From Mobula birostris (lineage: Eukaryota), in the NCBI RefSeq assembly GCF_030028105.1, contig NC_092374.1, forward strand, positions 40,867,016-40,931,015: 64,000 bases of DNA, in the 5' to 3' direction. This document shows positions 26,028 through 39,311 of the stretch, piece after piece. The notes beneath the pieces were generated by a model. It saw nothing but the letters and a program-made list of their open reading frames with translations. It did not search any database and was not told the DNA's origin. The stretch's first letter is position 1, and the number at the start of each line of letters is the position of its first letter. The position numbers and the translations under genes were made by a program.

Positions 26028-27951
26028 CTGACAAGTGAAAGCCAAAATTAAAGAAAAAGAGAGGACATTAGTGGGGAGTTAGTGGATTGGGAAGCTTTTA
26101 AAAACCAACAGAAGACAACTAAAAAAGCTATAAGGAAAAGATGAAATATGAAGTTAAGCTAGTCAATAATAAGAAAGAGGATACCACAAGTCTTTTCTTC
26201 AGATATATAAAGAGTAAAAGAGAGGTGAGAGTAGGTATTGAACCACTGTAAAATGATGCCGGAATGGAAGACGAATTGAATTAAGTATTTTGCATCAAGT
26301 CTTCACTGTGGAAGACACTAGCAGTATGCTGGAAGTTTGAGAGTGTCAAGGGGCAGAAAAGAGTGCAGTTGCTATTGCTGGGGAGAATGTGCTTGGAAAG
26401 CTGAAAAGTATGAAGGTAGAAAAGTCACCTAGACCAAGTGAACTACACCCCAGGGTTCTGAAAGAGGTAGCTGAAATTGTGGAGGCATGAGTAATGATCT
26501 TTCAAGGATCAATTGATTCTGACATGGTTCCAGAAGACTGGAAATTGTGAATGCCACTCAACTCTTCAAGGGAGGGAGGCAGATGAAAGGAAATTATAGG
26601 CCAGTCTGCCTGACCTCAGTAGTTGGGAAAATGTTGGAGTTGATAGTTAAGGATTAAGTTTTGGGGTACTTGGGGGCACATGATAAAATAGGCCAGAGTC
26701 AGCATGTTTTCCTTCAGAGAAATTCTTGACTGACAATCTGTCAGAATCCTGAGGAAATAATAAGCAAAACAAAGGAGAATCAGGGAATGTTGTGTACTTG
26801 GATTTTCATAAGTCCTTTGACAAGATGTGTACATGAGGCTGCTTAGCAAGATAACAGCCCATGGTATTGCAGGAAAGATACTGGCATGGATAGAGCAATG
26901 CCTGATTGGCAGGTGGCAAAGAGTGGGGATAAAAGGAGCCTTTTCTGATTAGCTACCAGTGACTAGTAGCATTCCGCAGGGGTCAGTCTTGGGATTGCTT
27001 CTTTTTATGGTGTATGTCAATGATTTGGATGACCGAATTGAAGACTTTGTGGCCAAGTTTGCGAACCACATGAAGGTAGGTGGAGGGTCAGGTATTGTCG
27101 AGGAAGCAGGGATGATGCAGACAAATTAGGAGAACAAGCAAAGGAGTGGCAGATGGTCATGTACTTTGGTAGAAGGAATAAAAGTGTAGACTACTTTCTA
27201 ATAGGGAGAAAATTCAAAAACCTGAGGTGTCAAGGGACTTGGGAGTCCTCGTGCAAGATACCCTAAAGGTTAACTTGCAGGTTGAGTCAGTGGTGAGGAA
27301 GGCAAATGTAATGTTAGTACTCATTTCGAGAGGACCAGAATATAAAAACAAAGACGTGATGCTGAAGCTTTATAAGCACTGACGAGACCTCACTTGGAGT
27401 ACTGAGAGCAGTTTTGGGCCCCTAATCTAGGAAAGGATATGCTGACATCAGAGAGAGTCCAAAGGAAGTTCATGGAATGAAAGGATTATCACATGAGGAG
27501 CATTTGATGGCTATGAGCCTATACTCACCAGAATTTAGAAAAATTTTGGGGGATCTCATTGAAACCTATTGAATGTTGAAAGGCTAGAGAGAATGGATGC
27601 GGAGAAGATGTTCCCTATAGTAGGGAGTGTAGAATCAGAGGGCACAACCTCAGGATAAAGGGACATCCATTTAGAATGGAAATGATAAATTTCTTTAGCT
27701 AGAGTGAGGTGGATCTGTGGAATTTGTTGCTACACGTGGCTGTGGAGGCCAGGTCATTGGGTGTACTTAAGGTGGAGATTAACAGGTTCTTGATTAGTCA
27801 GGACACGAAAGATTTTGGGGAAAAAGGCAGGAGAATGGGGTCGAGAGGGAAATCGATCAGCCAAGATCAAGTGGTGGAACAGTCTCGATGGATTGAATGG
27901 CCTAATTCTGCTCCTATGTCTTATGATCCAAATGAATCCAGAGATACTTAC

Positions 27952-28026
27952 ATGAAGATTATGACAAATGTTGTTGTTCGAGTGTATAATCCGTGAAAAG
28001 ACTGACGAAGCCTTTTCAATATCATT
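27952..28026 (-). CDS. PTCD2: PTCD2 exon 8 (75 nt)
   Basis: atttcag|AATGAT...CTTCAT|gtaagt; NDIEKASSVFSRIIHSNNNICHNLH vs human [25 protein letters not shown]. Confidence 0.9.
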
Positions 28027-28661
28027 CTGAAATATGAGATTAAGAAAACACTAGCTTTTACATCAAAACAAGTAATCATCCAAAAGCAATATGCCAGTTT
28101 TGCAGGGACACTAACAAATATTACGTTTCCGAGGAATAATTCTAATGAAGCAGTTTTCCCCTTAACAAACACTACATTGAAAACAGCATTTAAAGTTAAA
28201 AGTAATTACATCATTGCAAATACTCATATTAAAAATTTAAACATTTCTGTAAGAAGGCCCTGCACCACGTTCTGAGAAATTAAAAGCATAATATTGGGAT
28301 ATTGTTTTTGAAGCAATATAAATTTTAAATAAAACTTACCCACACATACTTGGAAGACTAAATGTCTTGTACCATGAAAACTCTTTTTCATTCCCCAATT
28401 CCAATTGGCAGCATAAGATAGGTTTTACTAATAAAATTCTGCATCCTTGTCCTCCTTTCCCCACTGACAGAGTTCTAAAATTAAGTCGGCAATTAAATTC
28501 TATTTGGTTAAACCCTTGAGTACTTTGCCTGCACCCTCATTGATTTGGGTCAAAGTCCTGGAAAAGGATACATGACAAAATTGGTGGAACGGTTTCACAC
28601 GGATTGCAGTGTCCTACTCCTATCACTTCAAAGACAACTCGCTGGTTCAAAATGCTGGCTG

Positions 28662-29448
28662 TGTAATCAACCGTAATGTCCCGATTTTATACTTTTCTTT
28701 AAGAAAGCCACTCTTACTTGTGTGCAAGGGGTTTCTTCTTTTATGTTACTGCTAAGGCTAATAAAAATGGCTTCTTTGTTATGTTATAATAAAAATGGCT
28801 TCTCTGTGATGTTAACTGCTCAGACAGTGGTTCTCTCTAGCAGCTTGTTTAGGTTATAAATACTGATAATGAGAATTGTATCCATTTGCTAACCAATTGG
28901 GATAGATGTTATTCTTTCCTGTGTGTCTGTAAGATATTGTTTTTGAGGGCTTTGGGCAGAAGGCACAATGGGGACAGAGAGAGGAGACGCGATGCTGTAA
29001 GTGGGGCGACAGAACGGACCCCGAGCAGGAGTCCGAGGTTCAGGGTCTTCGGCAAGGAGAGGAGACGAGGACAGACTCGTGTGGAGCATTTGGTCGACCA
29101 CCAAGGATGGTCCCATTCGAGGGTTGGAGGAGTTTGGAGGACATCAAATGGTGGAAAGAAGACTCCATTAATTGAACTCCAATGGTTGTGCACGAAGTGG
29201 TTGAACTTTGATAAGCTTGGCGCCTTTTACTTTCCTTTTATATTGTATCTCTATTAATTACGTAGTTCCAGTAAGATCTATAAAGTGTAATCATTTAATC
29301 GTATATGGTGTACTGCCTGTTATTTGGCGTGGTGGGGTATATCACACAGCATCTACACAAACTTGATTACCCAGTTTGGCGGGGCCGAAGGCTGCTCCCC
29401 CTAGACGGAAGCAAGTTGAGTGAGCCTGAGGCTTAACAGGGGGCTACA
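28662..29448. mobile_element. Possible solo LTR
   Basis: TGTA...TACA termini, CpG-retaining interior, internal aataaaaatggcttct duplication. No clear TSD found. Confidence 0.4.
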
Positions 29449-31076
29449 TGCGCATCTGTGGCAAGTGTCAGCAGGTCATGTGACTGTAGATAAGGACAAG
29501 GGCTGAGCTCAGATCTATTCCTATTGTAGCTCTGAGACCAGCTCATTATATTTTTCTCTAACTGTGCCTTGGTGTGCTTATATTAACTGTATAATCAAAC
29601 TGCAAGGTTTTCATTCACCTGGTACTGCACATAATAGAGAGGCAAATCAGGGGAATGAAGAAAGAAGAAATATTTTCATTCAATGAAACAAAATAGTTTT
29701 CAAGATCTGGGAATCATGACAGGAATAGCATTTGCTGTCCATCATCGTCTCCTGGGAAAATGAAGCCACCTATTTCTATCCTTTTGGCAATAAAACTTTC
29801 AATATGTTGTTGGAAAGAGTAGCCCAAGATTTTAAATCAGGAATATCCCTCAACTTCAATAATTAGGCCAAATGGCCCAATTCTGCTCCTATACCTTGTC
29901 ATCTTATTAGTCAGGGGATGAAAGGACACAGGAAGAAGGTAGGAGATTCCAGCTGAGAGGATAAATGGATCAGCCATGATGAAATAGCAGAGCAGACTTG
30001 ATGGGCCAAATGGCTTAATTCTGCTCCTACATCTTATGGCCTTATGGTCTGATGTCTAAAGATCCAGCCATCCCTATTATTAATCTACTCAGTAACTGTG
30101 CCTCCACAACCCCCATGATACAGAATTCCAAAGGGGTCTATTGCACTTTAGGTAAAAACAAACATTCTTTTTGCCTCAGCCCCCAATTTCTGATATCATA
30201 TTTTGAGACTGTGGCCCACAGATAATCTCAACAACTACCAGGAATTCATGCAGAACCTGGACTGAAATTTCAGTAGTTCCATGCAGACCCTTGGCTTCCA
30301 GCAACCGCATACTTACTTTGTTTTCCCCTAGGGAATTATCATCTGTGCATTTATCCTGCCAAGCTTCAAATGAACTTTTTATACGTTCAGTAGACCACCT
30401 CTCATTCTTCAAATCTCCAGACAGCAAGTGTCCAGCCTGCAGTTACAAACCCACCATCCTACAAATCAACCAAACCTTTGCTGCAATATTTTTTGCAAGT
30501 TTATCCTTCCTTGGATAGACAGACCAGACCTGTGCACAATATTCCAGAGAATATATTTCTAAATCAGGATGGTGTGGGAGATGGAGATGAAATTTGAGGT
30601 AGTCATGGGCTTTTGAGGAGCCGTTAGAAGATTTGCTGAATTAGTACAGTTCATTTTTGTAAACTGTGACAATATTGCAAAAGTACCTGATGGAGTAATG
30701 TTTAAGATAGTGGTTGAGATGCCCATCTCAGAAAGGCTGATTTGTCCCAAATGACCTTGGCCACCTAAGATGTTGTTAAAGCTGTTACAAGATAGGAGCT
30801 TAATAGTCCGTAATGTATTTTGTAAAATATGCAAGGGCTTTCAAGAAAAGAAAATTCATGACCTCCCCAACTTCTGACTTGCTTTTGTGGCAATGCCATC
30901 TATTTGGTTAGTCCTGGTCCATGAGAATGCCCAGAATGTCGATGACAGCAAAACAATAGAATGTCAAGGGGAGCTGGTTTGCAGTTCCTGAAATCTGCTA
31001 TTCGGATTACACAACAGTCTCAACCAATTTATTCAGTAGAACTTCAATGCTGTTAAAATGAGTAGAAAACCCATAC

Positions 31077-31190
31077 CTGTTTGATTGCAAGTGCTACTGC
31101 AAAGCAGAATGCATGACGGGGGACAAAACTGCCTCTTGTCAATATTTCTTCTAACAACGCAGTGCAGAACTTGTAGGATTCAATCGTATT
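31077..31190 (-). CDS. PTCD2: PTCD2 exon 7 (114 nt)
   Basis: cacacag|AATACG...AAACAG|gtatgg; NTIESYKFCTALLEEILTRGSFVPRHAFCFAVALAIKQ. Confidence 0.93.
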
Positions 31191-31910
31191 CTGTGTGAGC
31201 AACGTTCAGATGTTTCATCAGAAAACAAAATTTCAGCCATCAGCCCCACACCTGCCTAGCTTCCCCACCCCAGGAGGAGAGTCATATTACTTTTTAGCTC
31301 AACTGTGTATGCTTGACAGCAAGTCAAGTATAGACAGACAATTATATATTGAAGGTTAAGCTGCTGTTCGAAGTAATACAAACGTGTAGCATACAAAAAA
31401 AACAAATGAAGGTATTTGACTAAGAAAAAAAAATACCTTAATAAGGCTAGGTTTCAGATACAAGTACCAATAACATAAGGGATAGTATTTAAATCTGGAC
31501 AATTGGCAAATTATCTAGTACCTCAATTTCTAAGAAATTCAGAAGTATCCAACCCAAGGCTACAACTTCACATTTGTTATGTGGATTTGGCTGATTTTAA
31601 ACAGCATAGAAGAAGCTAGGATGCAATAAGTAAGACTCAAGAGTAATGGGAGCTTTCCTACACAACAAGAATATCTTAAATGCATCAGTTATTTCTTTAT
31701 TCAATCTTGTACAAATTCTGCACGAAAATGCCTTGTGCTTTTTAACCAATCTTTCTGTCTTTACATTCCTTCAGATTAAGTACTTCCCTGCAGTTTCTCA
31801 TCTCCGCAACCAGTTGGCAACAACTTCAGCACGAATCTGACTGACAAGTTTTCATGGTGTGGCAACAGATTTAAAGTGGGAACTGTAAAATGAATTTACA
31901 AATTACTTAC

Positions 31911-32002
31911 CAACTTGTAACAGATAGCAAATGCAAGTGTGTAGGTGTCTTTATTAAATCTTATTTCCTGATTTTTCATTTCCAATAACACTCCCAAGGC
32001 AC
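31911..32002 (-). CDS. PTCD2: PTCD2 exon 6 (92 nt)
   Basis: gagtag|GTGCC...AAGTTG|gtaagt; (R)[30 protein letters not shown]. Confidence 0.95.
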
Positions 32003-32095
32003 CTACTCAAATAACATAGAAAGACATTGACAGAAATTAATGAATTAACCCTGACATACGTATAAAAACTAATACAATTTAGTTTTAACACATTA

Positions 32096-32538
32096 CGAGG
32101 GGTGATTGATAAGTTTGTGACCTAAGAGTCAATTTTAGAAAACCTAGCACATTCATTTTTCCTACATTTACACACTTAGTCCAGCCGACATGGAGCATAC
32201 GGATCTCTTCTTTGTAGAAGTTGGCGTCTTGGACCTCCAGGTGGTCCACAGCAGGGGTGATTGATAAGTTTGTGGCCTAAGGTAGAAGGAGATGAGTTAT
32301 TAACTTCAAACTTTCTGCATAATCACTCAAAGAGTTGAACTGCACGTGCATGTAACAAGAGCTGTATAACACATCTCCTTCTACCTTAGGCCACTAACTT
32401 ATCAATCCCCCCTGCTGTGGACCACTTCTGGACTAAGTGTGTACATGTAGGAGGGGACTATGTTGAAAAATAAATGTGTTAGGTTTTCTGAAATTGACTC
32501 CTTCTACCTTAGGCCACAAACTTATCAATTACCTCTCG
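32096..32538. mobile_element. mariner-derived palindromic MITE
   Basis: ta|CGAGGGGTGATTGATAAGTTTGTG...CACAAACTTATCAATTACCTCTCG|ta; an internal second pair of TIR copies at about 32253-32412. Confidence 0.85.
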
Positions 32539-33821
32539 TAGAATCACACTGCATTGCAGCAGAGTATGAGATGTTATTCTTTCAGTTTGTACTTGGCCTC
32601 TCCATAGCAGAAAAAGCACAGGACAGATCAGTGTAATAGTGGGAAGTGGAGTTATAAACAAGATGGTTATTGGGGACGGAGCTCCGCAAAACAGTGGTCT
32701 AGTCCGCACCCGATTTCACCAATATAGATGCTACATCATGAGCGCAGAATGGAATAAAGCAGATTGGAGGACAAAGAGGTGCATCTATTACCAGACCAAA
32801 CCAGAATTTCATGTAGGACAAGGTAAATAATCCGTTTTGGCAATAGAGGCACATTATTTAATTGGTGAGGGATTAGAGAGCTTTGAAATGCAGATGAACC
32901 TGGGTAGCATGCTGCATTAAAGCTAGAATGAAGGTACAACAAGTAACTAGGAAAGCTAACAGAATCCTACCATTTCTTTGCTAGGGCAATTGAATACAGA
33001 AGTAGGGAGATCCTATTTTTAAAAGAAAAAATCCTAACACACTAGAAGCAAAAGTTTATAAGCAGAAAAGTTTAGACAGGTGTACCTGCTGTATTTTGGA
33101 AGAGTGAGAGGGGACTTAATTTAGATGTGTAGGTTCCAGACTGGTCTTGACAGGTGAATGTGGAGAATCCAAGACTATTTAAAAATATGGGGCCACTCAA
33201 ATGAGCATGGTATTTTTCCCCCTCTCTCATTGGGTTATAAAAACTTTTGATCTCTCTTCTTCAAACTGTAGTGGAAGGAAAGTCTCAATATTATATGGTG
33301 GTAAAAAAGACATGATGAATAAAGGGGAATATTACAGCGGGTAAGAAATAGACATGTGTTAAGTAAAGGGGAGGAAGATTATTGAAGCAATCTGCAGTGC
33401 TGGAGATCCAAGTAACATACACAAAATGCAGCAAGCCAGGCAGCATATATGGAAGAGAGAACCGTCAATGTTTCAGGCTGAGACCCTTCAGCAGGAAGAC
33501 TACTGCAGGTAGTTCAGGTTATAACCATTGAGCCACAGTCTGGATGAAGCAAGTAGCCTGTTTATTCATACGCTTTGCAAGATATGCATTTTTTCATTGT
33601 TTAAACTCCTTTGTTAGTATAAACATCGACTGCATATTACGTAGGAAACTGCTAGTTTAATATTCAATGTTCTACTATTAATTTGAACAATTAGCTTTAC
33701 TTTTCATACTGAAAGGACAATGGTGGAATGAATCCACTGAGGAAATAATCCACGGTTACCTACAAAAACCTTTGATCAGAATATAGCATGCAATCTATTT
33801 TCCCGCCAAATGCTCACTTAC

Positions 33822-33900
33822 GTTCGTAGCTTTCCTTCATGAACAGCATGTCCATCAAAATGTTGAATGAAGTTGAATCATTGAAGAAACCCTTCAGATT
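33822..33900 (-). CDS. PTCD2: PTCD2 exon 5 (79 nt)
   Basis: ttttttag|AATCTG...ACGAAC|gtaagt; NLKGFFNDSTSFNILMDMLFMKESYE (PPR motif). Confidence 0.95.
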
Positions 33901-34429
33901 CTAAAAAACAGAAAAGTATCATCCATAGAATTCCACAGGAATAACATCCATACGTACAACACTCTGGACCAGAGATTAAGAAAAGAACATTTTGAATGAT
34001 AGATACAAAACAAATTACAAATTTGAGAAGGCAAACAAGACTATCTGGTTTATAGTTCAAGAAAAGTATCCCTGATATCATGGTGTGGTCATGTTGGGAC
34101 ATTTTGCCAAATATAATTAAAGGCTAGCTGATTCTCCAAGGCAGCGATTGTGGAATAAATAAACATAGAGCACAGCTAATCAAGCACTAAAGAACGATAA
34201 TAATTATTTCTTTAAAACTAGCTGCTGCAGGAACTTAGCGCACAGCATCTGTGAAGAGAAATAGATAGTCAACATTTTGGGTCAAGAATCATTGCCTGGA
34301 CCGAAGTTCAGTGGTGTTTTAACTTTCTTGATCTTATCAGTTGATGAACAGTAGGACCCTTATGATGTTACGCAGTGAGCATTAACTTGCCTGGAAATCC
34401 TTTGGCTGGTTGTGCTAAAGCTACTACAT

Positions 34430-34800
34430 GGTATCCCCTTTAGGCAGGACCGCAGAGCTGAGATTGACTTTGCTTCCAATCCAGTTCTGTGGGCCAGAGG
34501 TGGCTGCAGAGGCCAATGTGGGATCTACAGACTCTGTTGCAGTTGGGGTGGGAGGAATATGTGAGGGGAACAGGAGACTGACCTCTTTCTGCCAAACTTT
34601 GCAGGGCTTCCACAAGCTTCCAACAAATGGACCTGTCACCCTGAATGCTCTTTCTCCATTTTGAAAAATCATGGCTATGATATCCACAACTCAGGAGGGA
34701 CATATCTTTTGAAGGAGTTTCCCTGGAGTATTCTTGAAATGTTTCTACGATTCTCCAGATAACTTCTTGCTGTGAAAGATGGTGTGTATTCTTTCAAAGA
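34430..34800 (-). mobile_element. RTE-clade LINE 3' fragment
   Basis: HDFSKWRKSIQG and CNRVCRSHIGLCSHLW, resembling the RTE/BovB-like C-terminal zinc finger (CxxCGRxCxSRIGLxSH). Confidence 0.65.
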
Positions 34801-36453
34801 GATTAGATTTCACAGAGGATTGCACAACTTCCTGAAAATTTATATTTCAATTCATATCATATTCAAATTCTAATACAGATGATCGACTCAAATTATTTTC
34901 CATCACATACAAAATAGAACTAGGAGGAAACCAATCAGCAACTTCTGTTTTTTTCCACTATTTAATAAAATCACAGTTGACCTTTTGTTTTGCTGCTACT
35001 TTCTCTAGTTAACCCACAGTCCTTGATATCAAAAAATCTATTGATTTCCTTTAATTCAAGATTGTTTACTGTCATTCTTCAGTATGCAAATTAAAGGAGA
35101 ACAAATAGAATTAAAACACAGTAAGCATTGAAAAACACAACAAATACAAAAGCAATCCTATGAAACACAATATACAAATAACTGCCAACTGTGGTAGTAT
35201 ATAATAAGATTAGTATTATATACATAGATTGATTATATGTACATAAAATGACACCAGGAGCAGGAGTATCTGAACATAAGGTATCTGACAAGAAACGATA
35301 AAGGGACAAAGTGACTCTTGGCAAGAGGATCTTCCCTCTGCTACTATAGGTAGTAGCAGGATTTAGGCAGTCTTGGATATACTCATTGCCTGGGTCTCTG
35401 CAGTTCTCATGGGTAGAGGAATTCTCTGTTCCCAAGCAAATACATGTCTTCTCTTCTTTGTCCTCATAGTCTCACCGTTTGAGACTGCAATTCCTTATGC
35501 TGGCTACCCAGGAAAAATATCTCCTCTTCATCGATCCTGCCTACACCCATATGAACTATATAACTTCAATAAGATCACTTCTCACATATAGGCCAAGCCC
35601 AATTAATCTCTCCTCTTAGGACAAAATTCCAATCCCAGAAAACAACCTGGTGAACTTTCATTGGATTCCCTCTATCAAACTAAATCCTTCCTCAAGTAAT
35701 TTTTACTAAATTGTCTTTACTCCTTTACCAACGTCTCACCATTTTGAAAATGCTCTGCTCTTCTCTTTTTCTACCAAGGTAAACTATTTCAACTGGATTC
35801 AATAGGCTCCTCTGAGGAATAAAGAGTTTAGTTTTAAATGAAGTAATACACAACCTGATCATCAAACCACAATTCACCATGGCTGCTTGATTCCTATTAT
35901 AATGACCTCATGCTCCTTTGTCCCTATCATTTTATCCAGCAACAAGATCTGTCTAGCTCTCATCTATGAAAAGGGTCCATGCTCCAAAATATGCTTTAAT
36001 TTTAGATTTTGAAGATGAGGACCTCCAGTAGTTGAAGTCAGCAATGAATATTGTGTCCTAGCTGACTACATGATATGCAAACTGGTACACAAGCCTGGGC
36101 AGCATTTTAAAGATAGTATTCTGAATATCATTCATTACCTTACCTTTTTAGGCTTCAACTTGACCTCGTGCCCCATTGCTGCACTGAATTTAATTTGCAA
36201 GTCACAAGGATATTTAATTCTGTCCAGTTCATAAAACTGGAGTCTTTTGAATTTCATTCTAAATTACGTAATTGCATCATTTAAGTACACAGCAAAAACA
36301 GCTCAGCTACAGTCAGAGTTTGCTCTTTTTCCTGACAAGCAGGCAGACAGATCCCCTGCTGTCAAGAATATAATAACAATAATAACTACCAGTTAGTATC
36401 TCTTCTCATTTCCCCCACTCAAAGTTCAAAGTAAATTTATCAAAGTACTTGTA

Positions 36454-38073
36454 CAGGTTTCCCCCACCATCCGAAGGTAGAGCGTTCCTATGAAACGGTT
36501 CGTAAGCCGAAATGTCGTAAAGCAAAGAAGCAATGACATTTATATGGGAAAACTTTGTGAGCGTTCGCAGACCCAAAAATGACCTACCAAATCATGCCAA
36601 ATAACACACAAAACCTAAAATAACAGTAACATATAGTAAAAGCAGGAATGATATGATAAATACACAGCCTATATAAAGTAGAAATACTTCTCTACAATGA
36701 TTGCCTGCACAGATCTCCGTTGCAAAATTCTCACGCAAGTGCTCTCGGCAGAAAATCTCACACAAGCTCTGTTGGCATAAACACGCTCTCCAGTAACCTT
36801 TAAACTATGAAGCTGCCAAATCTACCAAATAACACGTAAAAATACACAGCCTATATAAAGTAGAAATAATGTATGTACAGTGTAGTATCACTTAAAAGGC
36901 ATTGGGAAGACATCGAGCACACTGATGATGGTGTGTTAGACTGAGTCGTCGCAAGTTGGGGTGGTGCAGCGGCCCCCACCCTCCAGGCCGCCAACTGATA
37001 CATTGCCGCGAAGCACGCAGGGGTAGCTGAGAGGCACACAGCACATCTTTAAGAAAAAAGCCGAAATAAACATGCTAATTAATTAGGTGCTGCCCGGCAC
37101 GTAAATGTCGGCGCAGATCAGAGGCGATTGCTGATTGCATCGGCACTGATCTGGGCCGACAATTACGTGCTAGGTGGCACCTAATTAATTAGCATGTTTA
37201 TTTCGGCTTTTTTCTTGAAGATGTGCTGGGTGCCTCCCGGCTACCGCTGCATTCTCCGCGAATCGGTACAGTATCTGTCTGGGGCCCGGCGGTTGGGGTG
37301 GTGGGACACAGGGGTGTCATCTCATCATTGACCAGGGCAGGCAGCTCGTCTTCTCCTATGACTGCCTGCCTCGATGTCAAAGGTCGAGGTTCGTCGTCTG
37401 CTGTGGCTGATGTGGAAAGCTTGCTTGACTGCTGAGCCTCGAGCATTTTTCTATCACACAGTTGTTTGTAAGGGCTCAAAACATCCTGCAAATATCCCCT
37501 AAACCTATGTACCCTTTCAAAATTAAAGTCGTACTTTATCATTGCAGCAAAAATCTCACGCAGTTGCTTCATGTTCAGGTCCTGGACGACTTCACTTTCA
37601 CTACTGCATTCGGTTTCGATTGTTCTCCTTTCCTCTTCCAATTGCATCAGCTCTTCATCTATCAGTTCTTGGTCATGGGATGCCAAAACCTCTTCAACAT
37701 CATCTTCGTCAGCTTCCACAAGCCAAACTCAGTTTGTCCTTGCTTCATTCACCACGATTGAAACGCTTAATTATATCTAGTTTTACGCTAAGTGTAACAC
37801 CCTTACGAGCTCTTTCAGGCTTTTCCGACACCTTAGAACTCATCTTGCTAACAGCTGCTCAATGCAACCTGTTTAAGCAATGCCGATGAGAATCCGGGGG
37901 AGAGCGGCTGCTCGGGGTGCGCGCTGCCTTTTATCGTGTGCTGATTTTTTCGCGTGCTGCCTTTCTTTGTAACAGTGAAAACACCTTCTGAAAGCGAAAA
38001 CAGGGTACTAATGTAGATCTTTCGTACCAGTGAGGTTTCGTAAAGCGAACGTTCAAAAAGCGGGGGACACCTG
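36454..38073 (-). mobile_element. Tigger/pogo-family element, internally deleted (copy 1)
   Basis: ta|CAGGTTTCCCCC...GGGGGACACCTG. Minus strand encodes MSSKVSEKPERARKGVTLSVKLDIIKRF (CENP-B-type HTH start) joined to an acidic C-terminus EADEDDVEEVLASHDQEL. Inserted in a Rex-type 3' fragment (about 36420-38405). Confidence 0.85.
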
Positions 38074-38865
38074 AATTCATCAAATATTACCCTGAGATTC
38101 AAATTCTTCCATGCATTCACAGTGGAACAAAGAAATACAACATAATCAATGAAAAACTGCATACACAGACTGACAAACAATGTGCAAAAGAACAGAAACA
38201 GTGCAACTGCAATAAAATGATAGAGAGATACAGCTGAGAACACGTGTTGTAGAGTCCTCGAAAGTGAGTCCACAGGTTGTGGAATCAGCTCAGTGTTGAG
38301 GTGAGTGAAGTCATTCAGGCTTGGTCAGGAGCCTCCTGGTTGAAGGGTAATAACTGTTGCTGAATCTAGTGGTGTGGGACCCAAGGCTTCGGTATCTCCT
38401 TCCCAGCCAGTCCTAGATGGTACCAGTATTTTTCTGCCAAGTTTTATGGGACCTTCTGCAATATCTTGTCTGTCGTCCGACTCAATTCAACTTCCTTATT
38501 CGTAGTGGTCCATTACTTACTGAAATAAAGCTGCCTTGCTTTTACTGAACATGCGTATTTACAAGGACATTGACAGAAAAATTGTATTACTATAAAAAGT
38601 GACTAGAATTCAATCTCAGTAATACGTTTCTGAACCACTGCACAAATTGATCCAACATCTACACTCAGTAGCCACTTAATTATAACAGAATGGAAGCTGT
38701 CTTTGAGCATGGTAATACATACATCCTGTACCTAATGAAATGGCCACTGGGTGTATGTTTGTGGTCTTCTGTTGCTATCGTTCATCTACTTACGGTTTCA
38801 ACAATGTGTGTTCAAAGATGCTCTTCTGCACACCACTGTTGTATTGCCCAATTATTTGTGTTACC

Positions 38866-39060
38866 AACAGGAATTCTGCAGATGCTGGAAATTCAAGCAA
38901 CACACATCAAAGTTGCTGGTGAACGCAGCAGGCCAAGCAGCATCTGTAGGAAGAGGTGCAGTCGACGTTTCAGGCCGAGACATCGGCCTTAAACGTCGAC
39001 TGCACCTCTTCCTACAGATGCTGCTTGGCCTGCTGCATTCACCAGCAACTTTGATGTGTG
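38866..39060. mobile_element. Young Penelope-like terminal fold-back insertion
   Basis: 14-bp TSD ttatttgtgttacc (38852-38865 / 39061-39074); 78-nt inverted arms 38901-38978 / 38983-39060 with 2 mismatches. Confidence 0.88.
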
Positions 39061-39311
39061 TTATTTGTGTTACCGTTGCCTTCCCGTCAGCTTGAACCAA
39101 TCTGGCCACTCTCCTCTAACCTCTCACATTAACAAGGAATTTTAACCATGGAACTGGGGCACACTGGATTTTTTTAAAATTGATTTTCCCAACATTCTCT
39201 GTAAACTCTGGAGACTGTGTATGAAACTTGCAGATCAGCAGTTTCTAATACTCAACCCTCCCTTTTAGGCATCAACAATCATTTCATAGTCAAAGTCACT
39301 TACATCATATT

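Larger units (their letters stand above)
23960..27925 (+). mobile_element. CR1 LINE, decayed, interrupted by a hAT element
   Basis: APE and RT motifs (ggatttcaatatgcaggtagattgg; ggaaattataggccagt; ccgcaggggtcagt); 3'UTR gaatggcctaattctgctcctatgtcttatg. Confidence 0.88.

Noticed and set aside
37198-37719. 173-aa acidic ORF as a host gene or domesticated TIGD
   Set aside because: Lies within an internally deleted Tigger with TIRs and lacks the DDE domain; the second copy is disrupted.
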